This document shows, piece after piece, positions 9,033-20,586 of a DNA stretch of 64,000 nt. The number at the start of each line of letters is the position of its first letter. Position 1 is the first letter of the stretch. Below the pieces are notes generated by a model. It did not search any database. It worked only from the letters and a program-made list of their open reading frames with translations, and was not told the DNA's origin. The stretch comes from an uncultured Acidobacteriota bacterium (lineage in GTDB: Bacteria > Acidobacteriota > Thermoanaerobaculia > Gp7-AA8). Both the position numbers and the translations under genes were made by a program. The stretch covers positions 416,001 through 480,000 of the forward strand of contig CAWGHO010000001.1 of the NCBI GenBank assembly GCA_963822445.1. The letters are read 5' to 3'.

Positions 9033-10511
9033 ATGCGCAATACATTTCTCGCCCTCACGCTAACGCTCGCTACCGTCGCGTGCAGCACGAATCCGGCGAC
9101 GGGGAAGCGCGAATTCAACATCGTGTCCGAGGGACAGGAAGTCTCGATCGGACAGCAGTCGCACCAGGAAATCATCAAACAATTCGGCGTCTACGACGAA
9201 AAGCCGGAGCTGAACCGGCTCGTGTCGCAGATCGGAACGCGGCTGGCCGCGGCGTCCGAACGCCCTCACCTTCCGTGGACCTTCACGGTTCTCGATTCCC
9301 CGATGGTGAACGCCATGGCGCTGCCGGGCGGTTACATCTACATCACCCGCGGGATGCTTGAGAACATCAATTCCGAGGATGAGCTGGCGGGTGTGCTCGG
9401 CCACGAGATCGCGCACGTGACGGCGCGACATTCGGCCCAGCAGATCTCCCGTCAGCAGCTGGCCCAGTTCGGCATGGTCCTCGGCGCGGTCCTGGCCGGC
9501 CCGGAAGCCGTGCAGCAATACGGGCAGCTCGCCGAGATCGGACTGGGACTGCTCTTCCAGCGCTACTCGCGCGCCCATGAGACTCAGGCTGACCTTCTCG
9601 GCACGGGCTATCTCGCCGAAACGAATTTCAATCCCGTCGGCGCGGAGCGGATGCTGATGACGCTGCAGCGTCTCGACAAGAATCCGGCGACCGGCATCGA
9701 TCGCTACTTCCTCTCCCATCCCGATCCCGCCAAGCGCGTCAAGGACGTGAGGGCGAAGGTCGCGGAGCTGAGCGGCAGCGGCATGCTGTCCGCGAGCGCA
9801 ACGACGCCGCCCGATCGTGATTCGTATGTGCGGATGCTCGACGGGATCATCACCTCGAACAGCACCGAGCACATGACCATCAAGGACGGCGTGATTTACG
9901 ACCGCGGCCATGGTCTGGTCGTGCGCGCGCCGCAGGGCTGGGTGGCCACCACCGCGCCGGGCGTGCTCTTCGCGATGACGTCAAAGCGCGACCCCAACTC
10001 GCAGTTCATCGCCCAGGAGATCGACGTCAATCAGTTGCAGGGCCGGAACGCCCAGGAGGCGATCCGCATCCGCCTCGAACAGATGGGACTTCGTTACGCC
10101 GGCTCGCGGCAGGCCAACATGGCCAGCGGCGAGCGGATGGCTGTCGACGTCTGGCAGGGGCAAACCCAGGGCGGTGTGGTCGGCGTTGAAACGACGCAGT
10201 TCACTCACGGCGACCATGTGGCCGTGCTGATGTTCGTTTCGCCGTCGATCAATTCACGCAACAGTCCGATGAGCGCCGTGCTCTCGAACATCGAGCGCAA
10301 CCCGGCGCGCGTGCGGTCGGTCACTCCTCCGCGCATGCGCGTAGGCGAAGTGCGCCGCGGCGAATCGTGGAGCGATCTCGCCCGCCGCGCGACCGGGAAC
10401 GCCGGCGACGCGGAAGCGATCGCGAACATGAACGGCTTCGACGTCCAGACGCCGCCCTCGAGCGGCATGGCCGTCAAACTGCCGGAAGAGGTGATCGCCG
10501 AGGAGCGGTAA
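9033..10511 (+). CDS. M48-family zinc metalloprotease lipoprotein with LysM-like C-terminus
   Basis: Lipobox TVAC; CSTNPATG, NAMALPGG, GHEIAH, YSRAHETQAD, LSHP. Confidence 0.88.
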   Translation: MRNTFLALTLTLATVACSTNPATGKREFNIVSEGQEVSIGQQSHQEIIKQFGVYDEKPELNRLVSQIGTRLAAASERPHLPWTFTVLDSPMVNAMALPGGYIYITRGMLENINSEDELAGVLGHEIAHVTARHSAQQISRQQLAQFGMVLGAVLAGPEAVQQYGQLAEIGLGLLFQRYSRAHETQADLLGTGYLAETNFNPVGAERMLMTLQRLDKNPATGIDRYFLSHPDPAKRVKDVRAKVAELSGSGMLSASATTPPDRDSYVRMLDGIITSNSTEHMTIKDGVIYDRGHGLVVRAPQGWVATTAPGVLFAMTSKRDPNSQFIAQEIDVNQLQGRNAQEAIRIRLEQMGLRYAGSRQANMASGERMAVDVWQGQTQGGVVGVETTQFTHGDHVAVLMFVSPSINSRNSPMSAVLSNIERNPARVRSVTPPRMRVGEVRRGESWSDLARRATGNAGDAEAIANMNGFDVQTPPSSGMAVKLPEEVIAEER

Positions 10512-11098
10512 GGAGAATGACAGCGATCGCGATCCCGACCAGAACTTCGGAGATCGCGAAACCGACGAGAAACGTCTCGGTGTTCTTCGCCAGTCCGGCC
10601 GGGCGTAAGGCTTGGTCGGACGCGTTCCACCCGAGGTGGAGCCCGATGGGAAGCCATAGCGTGCGGCTCCTCAGGAATGCGAGCGCCGAACGCAAGCCCG
10701 AAGACTGTGATCGCGATCCACTCGCCGCGTGAATCCACCAGCGCCTTGAAGGCGAAGCCGCGGAAAAGAAGCTCCTCGACGAGGACAGACGACAGCAGGA
10801 AAAGCACCACTGCCAACTCGACCTTCGGCTCGATGGTGCCGCCGTAAACCGACGTGAGGGTGACGGCGCGAATGACGTTCATGGCCACGCCTGCAACCAG
10901 GCCGATTCCGGCCAGACCAATTCGCGCGGGGCGAGGAGTCAGCCCCAAAGTGGCCAGCGCTCGACGATCGAAAGCGAACGTCAACCCCAGGATCAACAGC
11001 GGATACGCGAACGGCACGCCGACCATGCCTGCCACGGGCAAGAGCGCGAGAGTCAGTACCAGAAAGGCAAGCGCGCGCACGGCAAGCGACGGTACCAC
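10474..11098 (-). pseudogene. CPBP/CAAX (Abi) intramembrane protease, frameshifted and apparently internally deleted near 10690
   Basis: EELLFRG in one frame, LWLPIGLHLGWN in another; the FxxxH segment is missing. Confidence 0.65.
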
Positions 11099-11116
11099 GG
11101 GCTAAACTGAGGGGGC

Positions 11117-11641
11117 ATGTCGGAAGAGCGTTTCTCGGAAGTCCGCCCCCGCCCCAGCGTCGATCAGTTACTGCGCACGGTGCAACAGCATCACGTGCAC
11201 CTCAGCGCGCTCGCCGATACCAAGGCCGGCCTGATCATCACCATCTCCTCGATCGTGCTGACCATCGCCTTGAGCCGTGCCGGCGACCCGCAGCTGCGCG
11301 CCGCGCTCCTCACACTGGCGATGGCATGTCTGCTCGCGCTTTTGCTGGCGATCTTCGCGGTGCTTCCGACATTCGCTCCCCGCCGTTCGAAAGGCGGACC
11401 GGTCCGGCGCAACCTGCTGTTCTTCGGCCACTTCGCCGCGCTGAGCGAGGAGGAGTTCCTCGACGAGATGGAGAAGGTCATCACCGACGACACGCTGCTC
11501 ATCGAGACCGCGCTGCGGGACATCTACGCGCTGGGCATCTACCTCTATCGCAAGAAGTACCGGCTGCTGCGGATGTCCTACGTCGCGCTGGTGACGGGGT
11601 TCATTCTGGCGACGATGGTCGAGGTGTTCGTTCTCATCTGA
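11117..11641 (+). CDS. Pycsar-effector-like (DUF5706) membrane protein, stand-alone
   Basis: HVHLSALADTKAGLII, two TM helices, NLLFFGHF, LYRKKYRLLRMSY plus terminal TM. Confidence 0.75.
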   Translation: MSEERFSEVRPRPSVDQLLRTVQQHHVHLSALADTKAGLIITISSIVLTIALSRAGDPQLRAALLTLAMACLLALLLAIFAVLPTFAPRRSKGGPVRRNLLFFGHFAALSEEEFLDEMEKVITDDTLLIETALRDIYALGIYLYRKKYRLLRMSYVALVTGFILATMVEVFVLI

Positions 11642-12494
11642 ACGTTTCGCAGTCCTCGACCCGTCCCGACCGGAATCCCCGCTGGAACCACTCCATCCGT
11701 TGCGCGGCTGAGCCGTGGGTGAACGACTCCGGATTGACCGCGCGGCCGGACATCTCCTGAATGCGGTCGTCGCCGACCGCCGAGGCTGCGGCGAGGCCTT
11801 CCTCGACGTCGCCCGCCTCGAGGAGATTGCGCTGAGCGGTGTCGTGTCCCCAGACTCCGGCAAAGCAGTCCGCCTGCAGCTCGAGACGCACCGACAGCTC
11901 GTTCGCGTCGCCGCGACCGCTCTGCCGGGCGTTCTGAACCTGGTCGGAGATCCCAAGCAGGTTCTGGACGTGATGGCCGACCTCGTGGGCGATGACGTAA
12001 GCCTGGGCGAAGTCGCCCGGCGCGCCGAAGCGGCGGCTCAACTCGTCGTTGAACGCGAGATCGATGTACACGCGTTGATCGCCGGGGCAGTAGAACGGCC
12101 CCGCGGCCGCCTGACCCGTTCCGCAGGCGGTCTGGGTGATGTCGCGGTAGAGCACGAGGCGCGCGCGCTCGTACTGCATGTTCCGCGCGGCGAAGATCTT
12201 CGTCCAGACGTCCTGCGTGTCGGTCACCACGAAGGACGCGAACTGTGCCGAGCGCGACTCTTCGGGCGTCTCGTCGGTCGGTGCCGCGGTCTGGGTCCCC
12301 GGCTGGGTCGCCACACTGCCGCCGCTTCCGTCGAAGAGAGCGAAGAAATTCTTGCCGGTCAAGAGACTGAGAACGAGCAGGATGATCGCGCCGCCGCAAC
12401 CGACGGTGGGACCGCGGCCGAAGCCGAATCCACCGCCGCCCATGCCACGCCGATCTTCCACATCAGAGCCGAGGCCGCCTGGTGTCCAACGCAT
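11634..12494 (-). CDS. Neutral zinc metallopeptidase, YpfJ-like
   Basis: VEDRRG, GPFYCPGD, YVIAHEVGHHVQ, ELQADC, SFTHGS. Confidence 0.92.
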   Translation of the reverse strand: MRWTPGGLGSDVEDRRGMGGGGFGFGRGPTVGCGGAIILLVLSLLTGKNFFALFDGSGGSVATQPGTQTAAPTDETPEESRSAQFASFVVTDTQDVWTKIFAARNMQYERARLVLYRDITQTACGTGQAAAGPFYCPGDQRVYIDLAFNDELSRRFGAPGDFAQAYVIAHEVGHHVQNLLGISDQVQNARQSGRGDANELSVRLELQADCFAGVWGHDTAQRNLLEAGDVEEGLAAASAVGDDRIQEMSGRAVNPESFTHGSAAQRMEWFQRGFRSGRVEDCETFR

Positions 12495-12536
12495 GAAACG
12501 GTGGATAGCAGAAGCGGTGCCTAACGAGCTCGGCGG

Positions 12537-12615
12537 AGTGATTAGTCGTTAGTGGTTAGTGATTAGTAGAACGGCTTCAGGGCTACTAACGACTAATCAC
12601 TAACGACTAACGACT
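12537..12615. repeat. Hairpin of tandem heptamers (GTTAGTG / CACTAAC type)
   Basis: AGTGATTAGTCGTTAGTGGTTAGTGATTAGTAG-loop-CTACTAACGACTAATCACTAACGACTAACGACT; near-identical to 36734-36812. Confidence 0.9.
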
Positions 12616-12618
12616 GGT

Positions 12619-15126
<2,508 letters not shown>

Positions 15127-15205
15127 CCCCTGCCCATCACTCCCAACTGACTATCGCGTGAGTGTAACAGAAGAAGTTACTTGCAACAGCAGGGCCCGGC
15201 CGGCA

Positions 15206-16282
15206 TCAGTTGGCGGGACTGACCTCGATCGTGCCGTTCATCGTGGTGTGCCCCGCACCGCATCCGCTGTTGGCGCAGACGTACGAGTAGGTCCCGCTCG
15301 CAGGAAGCGTGATGACCCGCTCGGTGGCCTCAGCCTCGTCGTCAAGGAACGGGATGTTGATCAGGATCTGGCCGGTCGGCGAGAAAAGCGTGAAACCGTG
15401 ATCGCCGAACGCGGCCGCGATCTCGAAGCGAACCTGATCCCCGGCCCGCAACGCCGCGGACTGATTGACCACGAAGAACCAGTTCGAGGCCGTGACCGTA
15501 ACGTTCTTCTGCTGCGGCGCGGGCGGCGCAACGCCCGTGTCCTCGAACGCCGGAACGAAGGTCGGATCCTCGGAACCGTTATCGACGACCGAACCGTAAA
15601 TGAACACCGGCTGGTCGGAGTCGTAGCTGATCCAGGCGTCGGTCAGGTCGCGATCGGGATCGCCGAAGAAGCCGGTGATGTTCGACGGCGACACGACACC
15701 GAAGGGCTGGAAGGTCAGGGTGTTGGTTCCGGCAACGGTGTTGTTGCGGTCGTACAGGGTGAAGTTGACCGTTGCCACGACGCTGTTCGGATTCGCGCCG
15801 CCCATGTTCGTGCGGAAGTTGCCGAGGGTTGCCTGGCCGGACTTGAGCTGGGAGATGACGCCTTTCTTTTTCGCCGCGCTGGCCTCGAGACCGGGCACGA
15901 ACTGGCCGAGCGTTCCGCCCTGCCGCGATGTGCGCTTGTCGGCGTAAATTCGTTGCGAGGCGATGAAGTCGTCGTCGGACGTCAGCCGGATCGCGCCGAG
16001 CGCGGGCGAGCCGGGGAAAAGGGCCTGGACGACGTCGTCGTAAACGGCCATCGACCGCTTGGCGACGGTGATGGTCTTGGTTCCCACGCCGCTGTTGTCG
16101 GCATTGCCGACCGGCAGATAGCGGGCGGTGATGGTGATGTCTTTGGTGAAGGACGGATTGACGATGCGCGCGTCCGTGAAGAACCCGTTCGCGCTACCGC
16201 CGATGGAGAGGTACACGTCCTTGGCGAAGCCGGACGTCGCGAAAACGAGTACACACACGAGTAAGAGCAGTCTGCGCCGCAT
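15206..16282 (-). CDS. Secreted protein with C-terminal cupredoxin (CuA-like) domain
   Basis: Signal peptide; DHGF...YSYVCANSGCGAGHTTMNG. Confidence 0.7.
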   Translation of the reverse strand: MRRRLLLLVCVLVFATSGFAKDVYLSIGGSANGFFTDARIVNPSFTKDITITARYLPVGNADNSGVGTKTITVAKRSMAVYDDVVQALFPGSPALGAIRLTSDDDFIASQRIYADKRTSRQGGTLGQFVPGLEASAAKKKGVISQLKSGQATLGNFRTNMGGANPNSVVATVNFTLYDRNNTVAGTNTLTFQPFGVVSPSNITGFFGDPDRDLTDAWISYDSDQPVFIYGSVVDNGSEDPTFVPAFEDTGVAPPAPQQKNVTVTASNWFFVVNQSAALRAGDQVRFEIAAAFGDHGFTLFSPTGQILINIPFLDDEAEATERVITLPASGTYSYVCANSGCGAGHTTMNGTIEVSPAN

Positions 16283-16359
16283 TGAGATCCTCCGTATGGG
16301 AATGGTCGATGATACCCGCCCGGCAGTCCGGCTGCGGCGTCGTTACCGTTTCGTTTCCG

Positions 16360-16520
16360 GGCATGAGCAACCGGGAGGCCTCCGGCGGGCCGGCACGGCC
16401 GGCAGCGCTGATGTTGGCGTGAACGCGACTCGCGCTAGCTACCGCGACCGCGGCAGCAGGCACAACCAGCGCCTGCCGGCCCGTGGCCGGCCCGCCGGAG
16501 GCCTCCCGGTCGCTCGTGCC
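16360..16520. repeat. About 160-bp element with about 50-bp imperfect terminal inverted repeats (MITE/REPIN-like)
   Basis: GGCATGAGCAACCGGGAGGCCTCCGGCGGGCCGG... pairs with ...CCGGCCCGCCGGAGGCCTCCCGGTCGCTCGTGCC. Confidence 0.8.
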
Positions 16521-18283
16521 TAGAACAGAGCCGGTTCCTGATACGTACCGAAGACGTCGCGGAACGCGTCGGAGATCTCCCCCACCGTCGCGTAAACCTT
16601 CACCGCCTCGATCAGCGGAGGCATCGTGTTCGCCTCCGGATCGGCCGCGGCATTGCGCAGGGCCTGCAGGGCGTCCTGCACCTTCTGGTTGTCGCGCGTG
16701 GCCCGAACCTGGTTCAGCAATGCGATCTGTTCGGCCGTGACCGACTCGTCGATATAAAGCGCGTCGTAAGGCTCCTCGGTCTCCATCCGGAACGCGTTCA
16801 TGCCGACCACGACCTTCTCGCCGGAGTCGACCGAGCGCTGGAACTGATACGAGGCGTCCCAGATCTCGCGTTGCGGGAAGCCGGCCTCGATCGCCTCGAC
16901 CATGCCGCCGAACTGGTCGATCTTCTCGATGTACTCGAAGCAGCCCTTCTCCATCTTGTTCGTGAGCTCTTCCATGAAGTACGAGCCGCCGAACGGATCG
17001 ACCGTGTTGATGACGCCCGACTCGTGGGCGATGATTTGCTGCGTGCGCAGGGCGATGCGCGCGGCCTGCTCGGTCGGCAGGGCGAGCGTTTCATCGAGTG
17101 AGTTCGTGTGCAGCGAGTTCGTTCCGCCGAATACCGCGGCGAGCGCCTGGATCGTGACGCGAACGATGTTGTTGTACGGCTGCTGTGCGGTGAGCGAACA
17201 ACCGGCGGTCTGCGTGTGGAAGCGGAGCTGCCACGAGCGCGGGTCCTTGGCGCCGTAACGGTCGCGCATGACCTTCGCCCAGACACGCCGCGCAGCGCGG
17301 AACTTCGCGACCTCTTCGAAGAGATCGTTGTGCGAATTGAAGAAGAACGAGAGCCGCGGCGCGAAGTCATCGACGTCGAGACCGGCACGCACCGCGTATT
17401 CGACGTACTCCATCCCGTCGCGCAGGGTGAATGCGAGCTCCTGCAGCGCCGTCGATCCCGCCTCGCGGATGTGGTAGCCGCTGATGGAGATCGTGTTGTA
17501 GCGGGGCACGTGCTCGGTGCAGAACTTGATCGTATCGGTGATCAGCCGCATCGAGGGCCGCGGCGGGTAGATGTACTCCTTCTGGGCGATGTACTCCTTG
17601 AGGATGTCGTTCTGCAGCGTGCCGGAGATCTTCTTCCAGTCCGCTCCCTGCTTCTCGGCGACGGCGAGATACATCGCCAGCGCGACGGGGCCGGTGGAGT
17701 TGATGGTCATGGAGACGGTGACGTCCTCGAGGTTGATGCCGTCGAAGAGCGTCTCCATGTCCGCGAGCGTGTCGACCGCGACGCCGCACTTGCCCACTTC
17801 ACCGGCGCTGTAGTGGTGATCGGAGTCGTAGCCGTACAGCGTCGGCAGGTGGAACGCCGTCGACAGACCGGTCTGCCCCTGGGAGAGCAGGTACTTGAAG
17901 CGCTCGTTCGTCTGACGCGCGGTGCCAAAGCCGGCGAACTGCCGCATGGTCCAGAGACGGCCGCGATAGCCGGTCGGATGAATGCCGCGGGTGTAGGGGA
18001 ACTCGCCGGGATAGGCGACTTCGTGAAAGTCCTGGTCGGCCGTCGAGAGCGGCGTGGCCAGCGGATTCACTTCCATCCCGCTGACGGTGGTGTAGTCGTT
18101 CTTCCAGTATGGCTTCTTCTTGAGGACCGGGCCGAGCACGTCGCGCCGCCAGGCCGACTCTTCCTTCTGGATGCTCGCGACGGCTTCGCGTGAGAAGAGT
18201 GAAAGCTGCTCCTCCGCCGCTTTGGGAACCTGCGGAAGAGTGGTGGTCTCAGTGCTGCGAAGATCGGTTTCGTGACGGCTCAT
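16520..18283 (-). CDS. icmA: B12-dependent acyl-CoA mutase large subunit, isobutyryl-CoA mutase type
   Basis: [19 protein letters not shown] (F, not Y), KEYIAQKEY (Q, not R), SGYHIREAG; no B12-binding domain. Confidence 0.8.
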   Translation of the reverse strand: MSRHETDLRSTETTTLPQVPKAAEEQLSLFSREAVASIQKEESAWRRDVLGPVLKKKPYWKNDYTTVSGMEVNPLATPLSTADQDFHEVAYPGEFPYTRGIHPTGYRGRLWTMRQFAGFGTARQTNERFKYLLSQGQTGLSTAFHLPTLYGYDSDHHYSAGEVGKCGVAVDTLADMETLFDGINLEDVTVSMTINSTGPVALAMYLAVAEKQGADWKKISGTLQNDILKEYIAQKEYIYPPRPSMRLITDTIKFCTEHVPRYNTISISGYHIREAGSTALQELAFTLRDGMEYVEYAVRAGLDVDDFAPRLSFFFNSHNDLFEEVAKFRAARRVWAKVMRDRYGAKDPRSWQLRFHTQTAGCSLTAQQPYNNIVRVTIQALAAVFGGTNSLHTNSLDETLALPTEQAARIALRTQQIIAHESGVINTVDPFGGSYFMEELTNKMEKGCFEYIEKIDQFGGMVEAIEAGFPQREIWDASYQFQRSVDSGEKVVVGMNAFRMETEEPYDALYIDESVTAEQIALLNQVRATRDNQKVQDALQALRNAAADPEANTMPPLIEAVKVYATVGEISDAFRDVFGTYQEPALF

Positions 18284-18301
18284 GTGGAAGCTCTCCGGGC
18301 G

Positions 18302-18781
18302 TTAACTATAACGCGGTGATTTCTTTGCGAGGAATGCGCCGAGGCCCTCCTGGGGCTCGCCGATGGCGAAGAGGCGGGCGAATTCGGCACGCTCGAGGCG
18401 ATCTCCGCCGCGGGCTCGAATGAGCGTCGCAGCGGAGTCGAGGGCCAGAACGCTTCGATTGCGCGTCCAGTTCCCGAGCCAGGTATCGGCGTCATCGTCC
18501 GTGATCTCGTCGACCAGCTCCTCGGATGTACCGCCACGGAGGTACCAGCGCCAGGCACCGCGGCCCAGCCGCCAGGCCGCCCCCGCCCACCCTTCCGGCG
18601 CGTCGAGGACGAGGGTCGCGCCGCGGCGAAGAACCGCGTAATCGGCGAAGAGCATCGCCGCGGCGGCGAGGCCGCGCAGCTCCCCTTCCCCGAATGCGAC
18701 CACGAGCTCGCTCCGAGTGAGAAGCTCGTCGAGCGCCGCGCCGTCGACTGCGCGCAGCTCGGCGCCCGTCAGAAAGAGCAT
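18302..18781 (-). CDS. Short crotonase/enoyl-CoA hydratase-like protein
   Basis: C-terminus ERAEFARLF..EPQEGLGAFLAKKSPRY is crotonase-like; N-terminus abbreviated. Confidence 0.6.
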   Translation of the reverse strand: MLFLTGAELRAVDGAALDELLTRSELVVAFGEGELRGLAAAAMLFADYAVLRRGATLVLDAPEGWAGAAWRLGRGAWRWYLRGGTSEELVDEITDDDADTWLGNWTRNRSVLALDSAATLIRARGGDRLERAEFARLFAIGEPQEGLGAFLAKKSPRYS

Positions 18782-19095
18782 TACTTGAAGATGGAGAAGA
18801 CCCGGCCGACGAGTCCCGTGTCTTCGTGCTTGGCGATCTGCTCGATCTCACCGGCGTCGAGGAACATGCCGCCGCAGTTCGCGCACTGATCGACTTTCAC
18901 GCCGTGCAGGTCGATTTCCTTCAGGTCCATGCCGCACTTCGGGCACTTCATCCAGTGGGCCTGCTTGAGCTTGTCCTTCTCCTCGGCGGCCATCTTCGCC
19001 GACTGTTCTTTCGCCCATTTCTTGCGGCGCTCGAGCTCCTGCCGCGCAAAGTACTCGTCTTCCGCTTTGCTGGGCTTGTCGATTCCGTCTGACAT
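18781..19095 (-). CDS. zf-TFIIB zinc-ribbon protein
   Basis: EDEYF; MKCPKCG..VDQCANCGGMFLDAGE. Confidence 0.85.
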   Translation of the reverse strand: MSDGIDKPSKAEDEYFARQELERRKKWAKEQSAKMAAEEKDKLKQAHWMKCPKCGMDLKEIDLHGVKVDQCANCGGMFLDAGEIEQIAKHEDTGLVGRVFSIFK

Positions 19096-19122
19096 GGTGA
19101 ACCTCCCGTTCGACGGGCGATT

Positions 19123-19509
19123 CTATCGGAGTTGCGCGAGCCGAAGTGACGTATGCGCGGCAAGGCGCGAGAAGACGTCATCTCGCGAAAACAGGACCCC
19201 GTTCAGATCGAGCGCACATTGCGCAACGTGTGCATCGGGGATGGTGACCTTGACCCCTTTTGCACTGAGGATGCGACGCAATTCTCCTACTCGCATCCAG
19301 TGCTCGAGAGGCGTTTCATGGAGCGGAAAATCCTGGAGGAGCTCACCAACCGCCGCCCGATGCCGTGGAGTCATGTCGCCGGATAGAAGCTCTGCAACGA
19401 CGAGCGGAGGTACGACAACCGTGCCGTGGGCTAACGCATCTTCGACATCCTCGATGATCGCACCGCCGAGAATGTCGATCCAGACCGACGTATCAACGAT
19501 GGCGGCCAC
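19123..19509 (-). CDS. vapC: PIN-domain toxin, VapC family
   Basis: IVDTSVWID, VAELLSG, TIPDAHVA, SRD acidic tetrad. Confidence 0.88.
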   Translation of the reverse strand: MAAIVDTSVWIDILGGAIIEDVEDALAHGTVVVPPLVVAELLSGDMTPRHRAAVGELLQDFPLHETPLEHWMRVGELRRILSAKGVKVTIPDAHVAQCALDLNGVLFSRDDVFSRLAAHTSLRLAQLR

Positions 19510-19699
19510 GGAGCGCGTCGATATCGAGTTTGAGATGAATCTTGCCGCGCAGATTCATCAACTTGTCATGTGCGCGTGTGCGTTTGATGTGCTCCAGGCC
19601 TTCCACGATCGTATCCGTGATCCCTTTTCCGGTTACGTTCATTGCCGAGTCGAGGAGGTCTTCGGGAAGATTCGCGGTGATGCGTCTTACTTTACCCAC
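19493..19699 (-). CDS. vapB: VapB-like antitoxin (RHH)
   Basis: Small gene overlapping vapC; RRITANLPEDLL..A..TG..TDTI. Confidence 0.78.
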   Translation of the reverse strand: MGKVRRITANLPEDLLDSAMNVTGKGITDTIVEGLEHIKRTRAHDKLMNLRGKIHLKLDIDALRGRHR

Positions 19700-19739
19700 A
19701 TGACGATACTACCGACCGTATTGATCGTCGTCAATATGA

Positions 19740-20480
19740 TCAGCGTACCTTCCGCGCGACCATGAGCAAGCCCGGCCCGAACGGCAGCCAGGCGAAGAGA
19801 CGATCGATGGCGAAGACGGCCCGGACGAGATTGACCAGCGCGCGGGCCTTGCCTGCTTTGGCGACGCCGCGAAGGGCCGCATCTTCGTCAACCTTGCGGC
19901 GTGCGCGGCGCTTGTTCATCGGCAGAAGGAAAAGCGTGTCGTAGGCGAGGACGACGGGAAATCCCCAGTAAGTCGTCTTCCGCGCGTCGAGGCCGGCTGC
20001 GTCGAACATCGATCGCAACTGCGCGGCCGAATAGCGGCGGCGATGTTCGTAGTAGTCGTCCGACGCGCTCCACAGGCTTTGCAGGGCGGGCACGGTCGCC
20101 ACGCACGAGCCGCCGTCGCGCAGCACGCGACCGATCTCCCGTGCCGCGGCAGCATCGTCATCGAGATGCTCGAGGGTCTCGCCGGTCGTCACGCCCCCGA
20201 AAACGCCATCGCGGAAGGGCATGCGGGTCATGTCCCCGACGACGACCGGAATGGACGTCGTCCGCCGCACGTGCAATGCCGCGTCGAACGAGTAGTCGAT
20301 GCCGAACATGTCGAAGCCGCGCTGCTGCAGGCGCGTGGCGAGCTGGCCGAGACCGATCGCTCCGTCGAGCAGCCGCGCGCCGCGCGGCAGACGCTCGACT
20401 TCCCGCACGATCATGCCGAGGCGATGCTCGTGGCGGGGACCGAACATCTCGGGCTGCGTGCCCCAGGCGTGAGTGCTCAT
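19740..20480 (-). CDS. Class I SAM-dependent methyltransferase
   Basis: LLDGAIGLG, GDMTRMPF, ETLEHL, VPA..LWS..D...HRRRY. Confidence 0.85.
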   Translation of the reverse strand: MSTHAWGTQPEMFGPRHEHRLGMIVREVERLPRGARLLDGAIGLGQLATRLQQRGFDMFGIDYSFDAALHVRRTTSIPVVVGDMTRMPFRDGVFGGVTTGETLEHLDDDAAAAREIGRVLRDGGSCVATVPALQSLWSASDDYYEHRRRYSAAQLRSMFDAAGLDARKTTYWGFPVVLAYDTLFLLPMNKRRARRKVDEDAALRGVAKAGKARALVNLVRAVFAIDRLFAWLPFGPGLLMVARKVR

Positions 20481-20482
20481 TT

Positions 20483-20586
20483 CAGTAGGCAAGTGGGCAG
20501 TGGGCAGCAGGCAGGAGTAAAAACCGAGGCAGCAGGCGGTAGGACAGGTTCAATCCTGCCTACCGCCTACTGCCTACTGCCTACTA
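20483..20586. repeat. Hairpin of tandem heptamers (AGGCAGT / ACTGCCT type)
   Basis: GTAGGCAAGTGGGCAGTGGGCAGCAGGCAG...GGCGGTAGG...CCTGCCTACCGCCTACTGCCTACTGCCTACT. Confidence 0.75.

Noticed and set aside
12537-12615. Short-repeat arrays as CRISPR
   Set aside because: Units are 7-8 bp, inverted, with no unique spacers and no cas genes.
15164-15180. GTAAC-N7-GTTAC palindrome upstream of ftsK
   Set aside because: Single occurrence that cannot be assigned to a regulator; may be chance.
19123-19699. vapBC as a marker of a mobile element
   Set aside because: Ordinary solo TA pair with no integrase, att site or transposase nearby.
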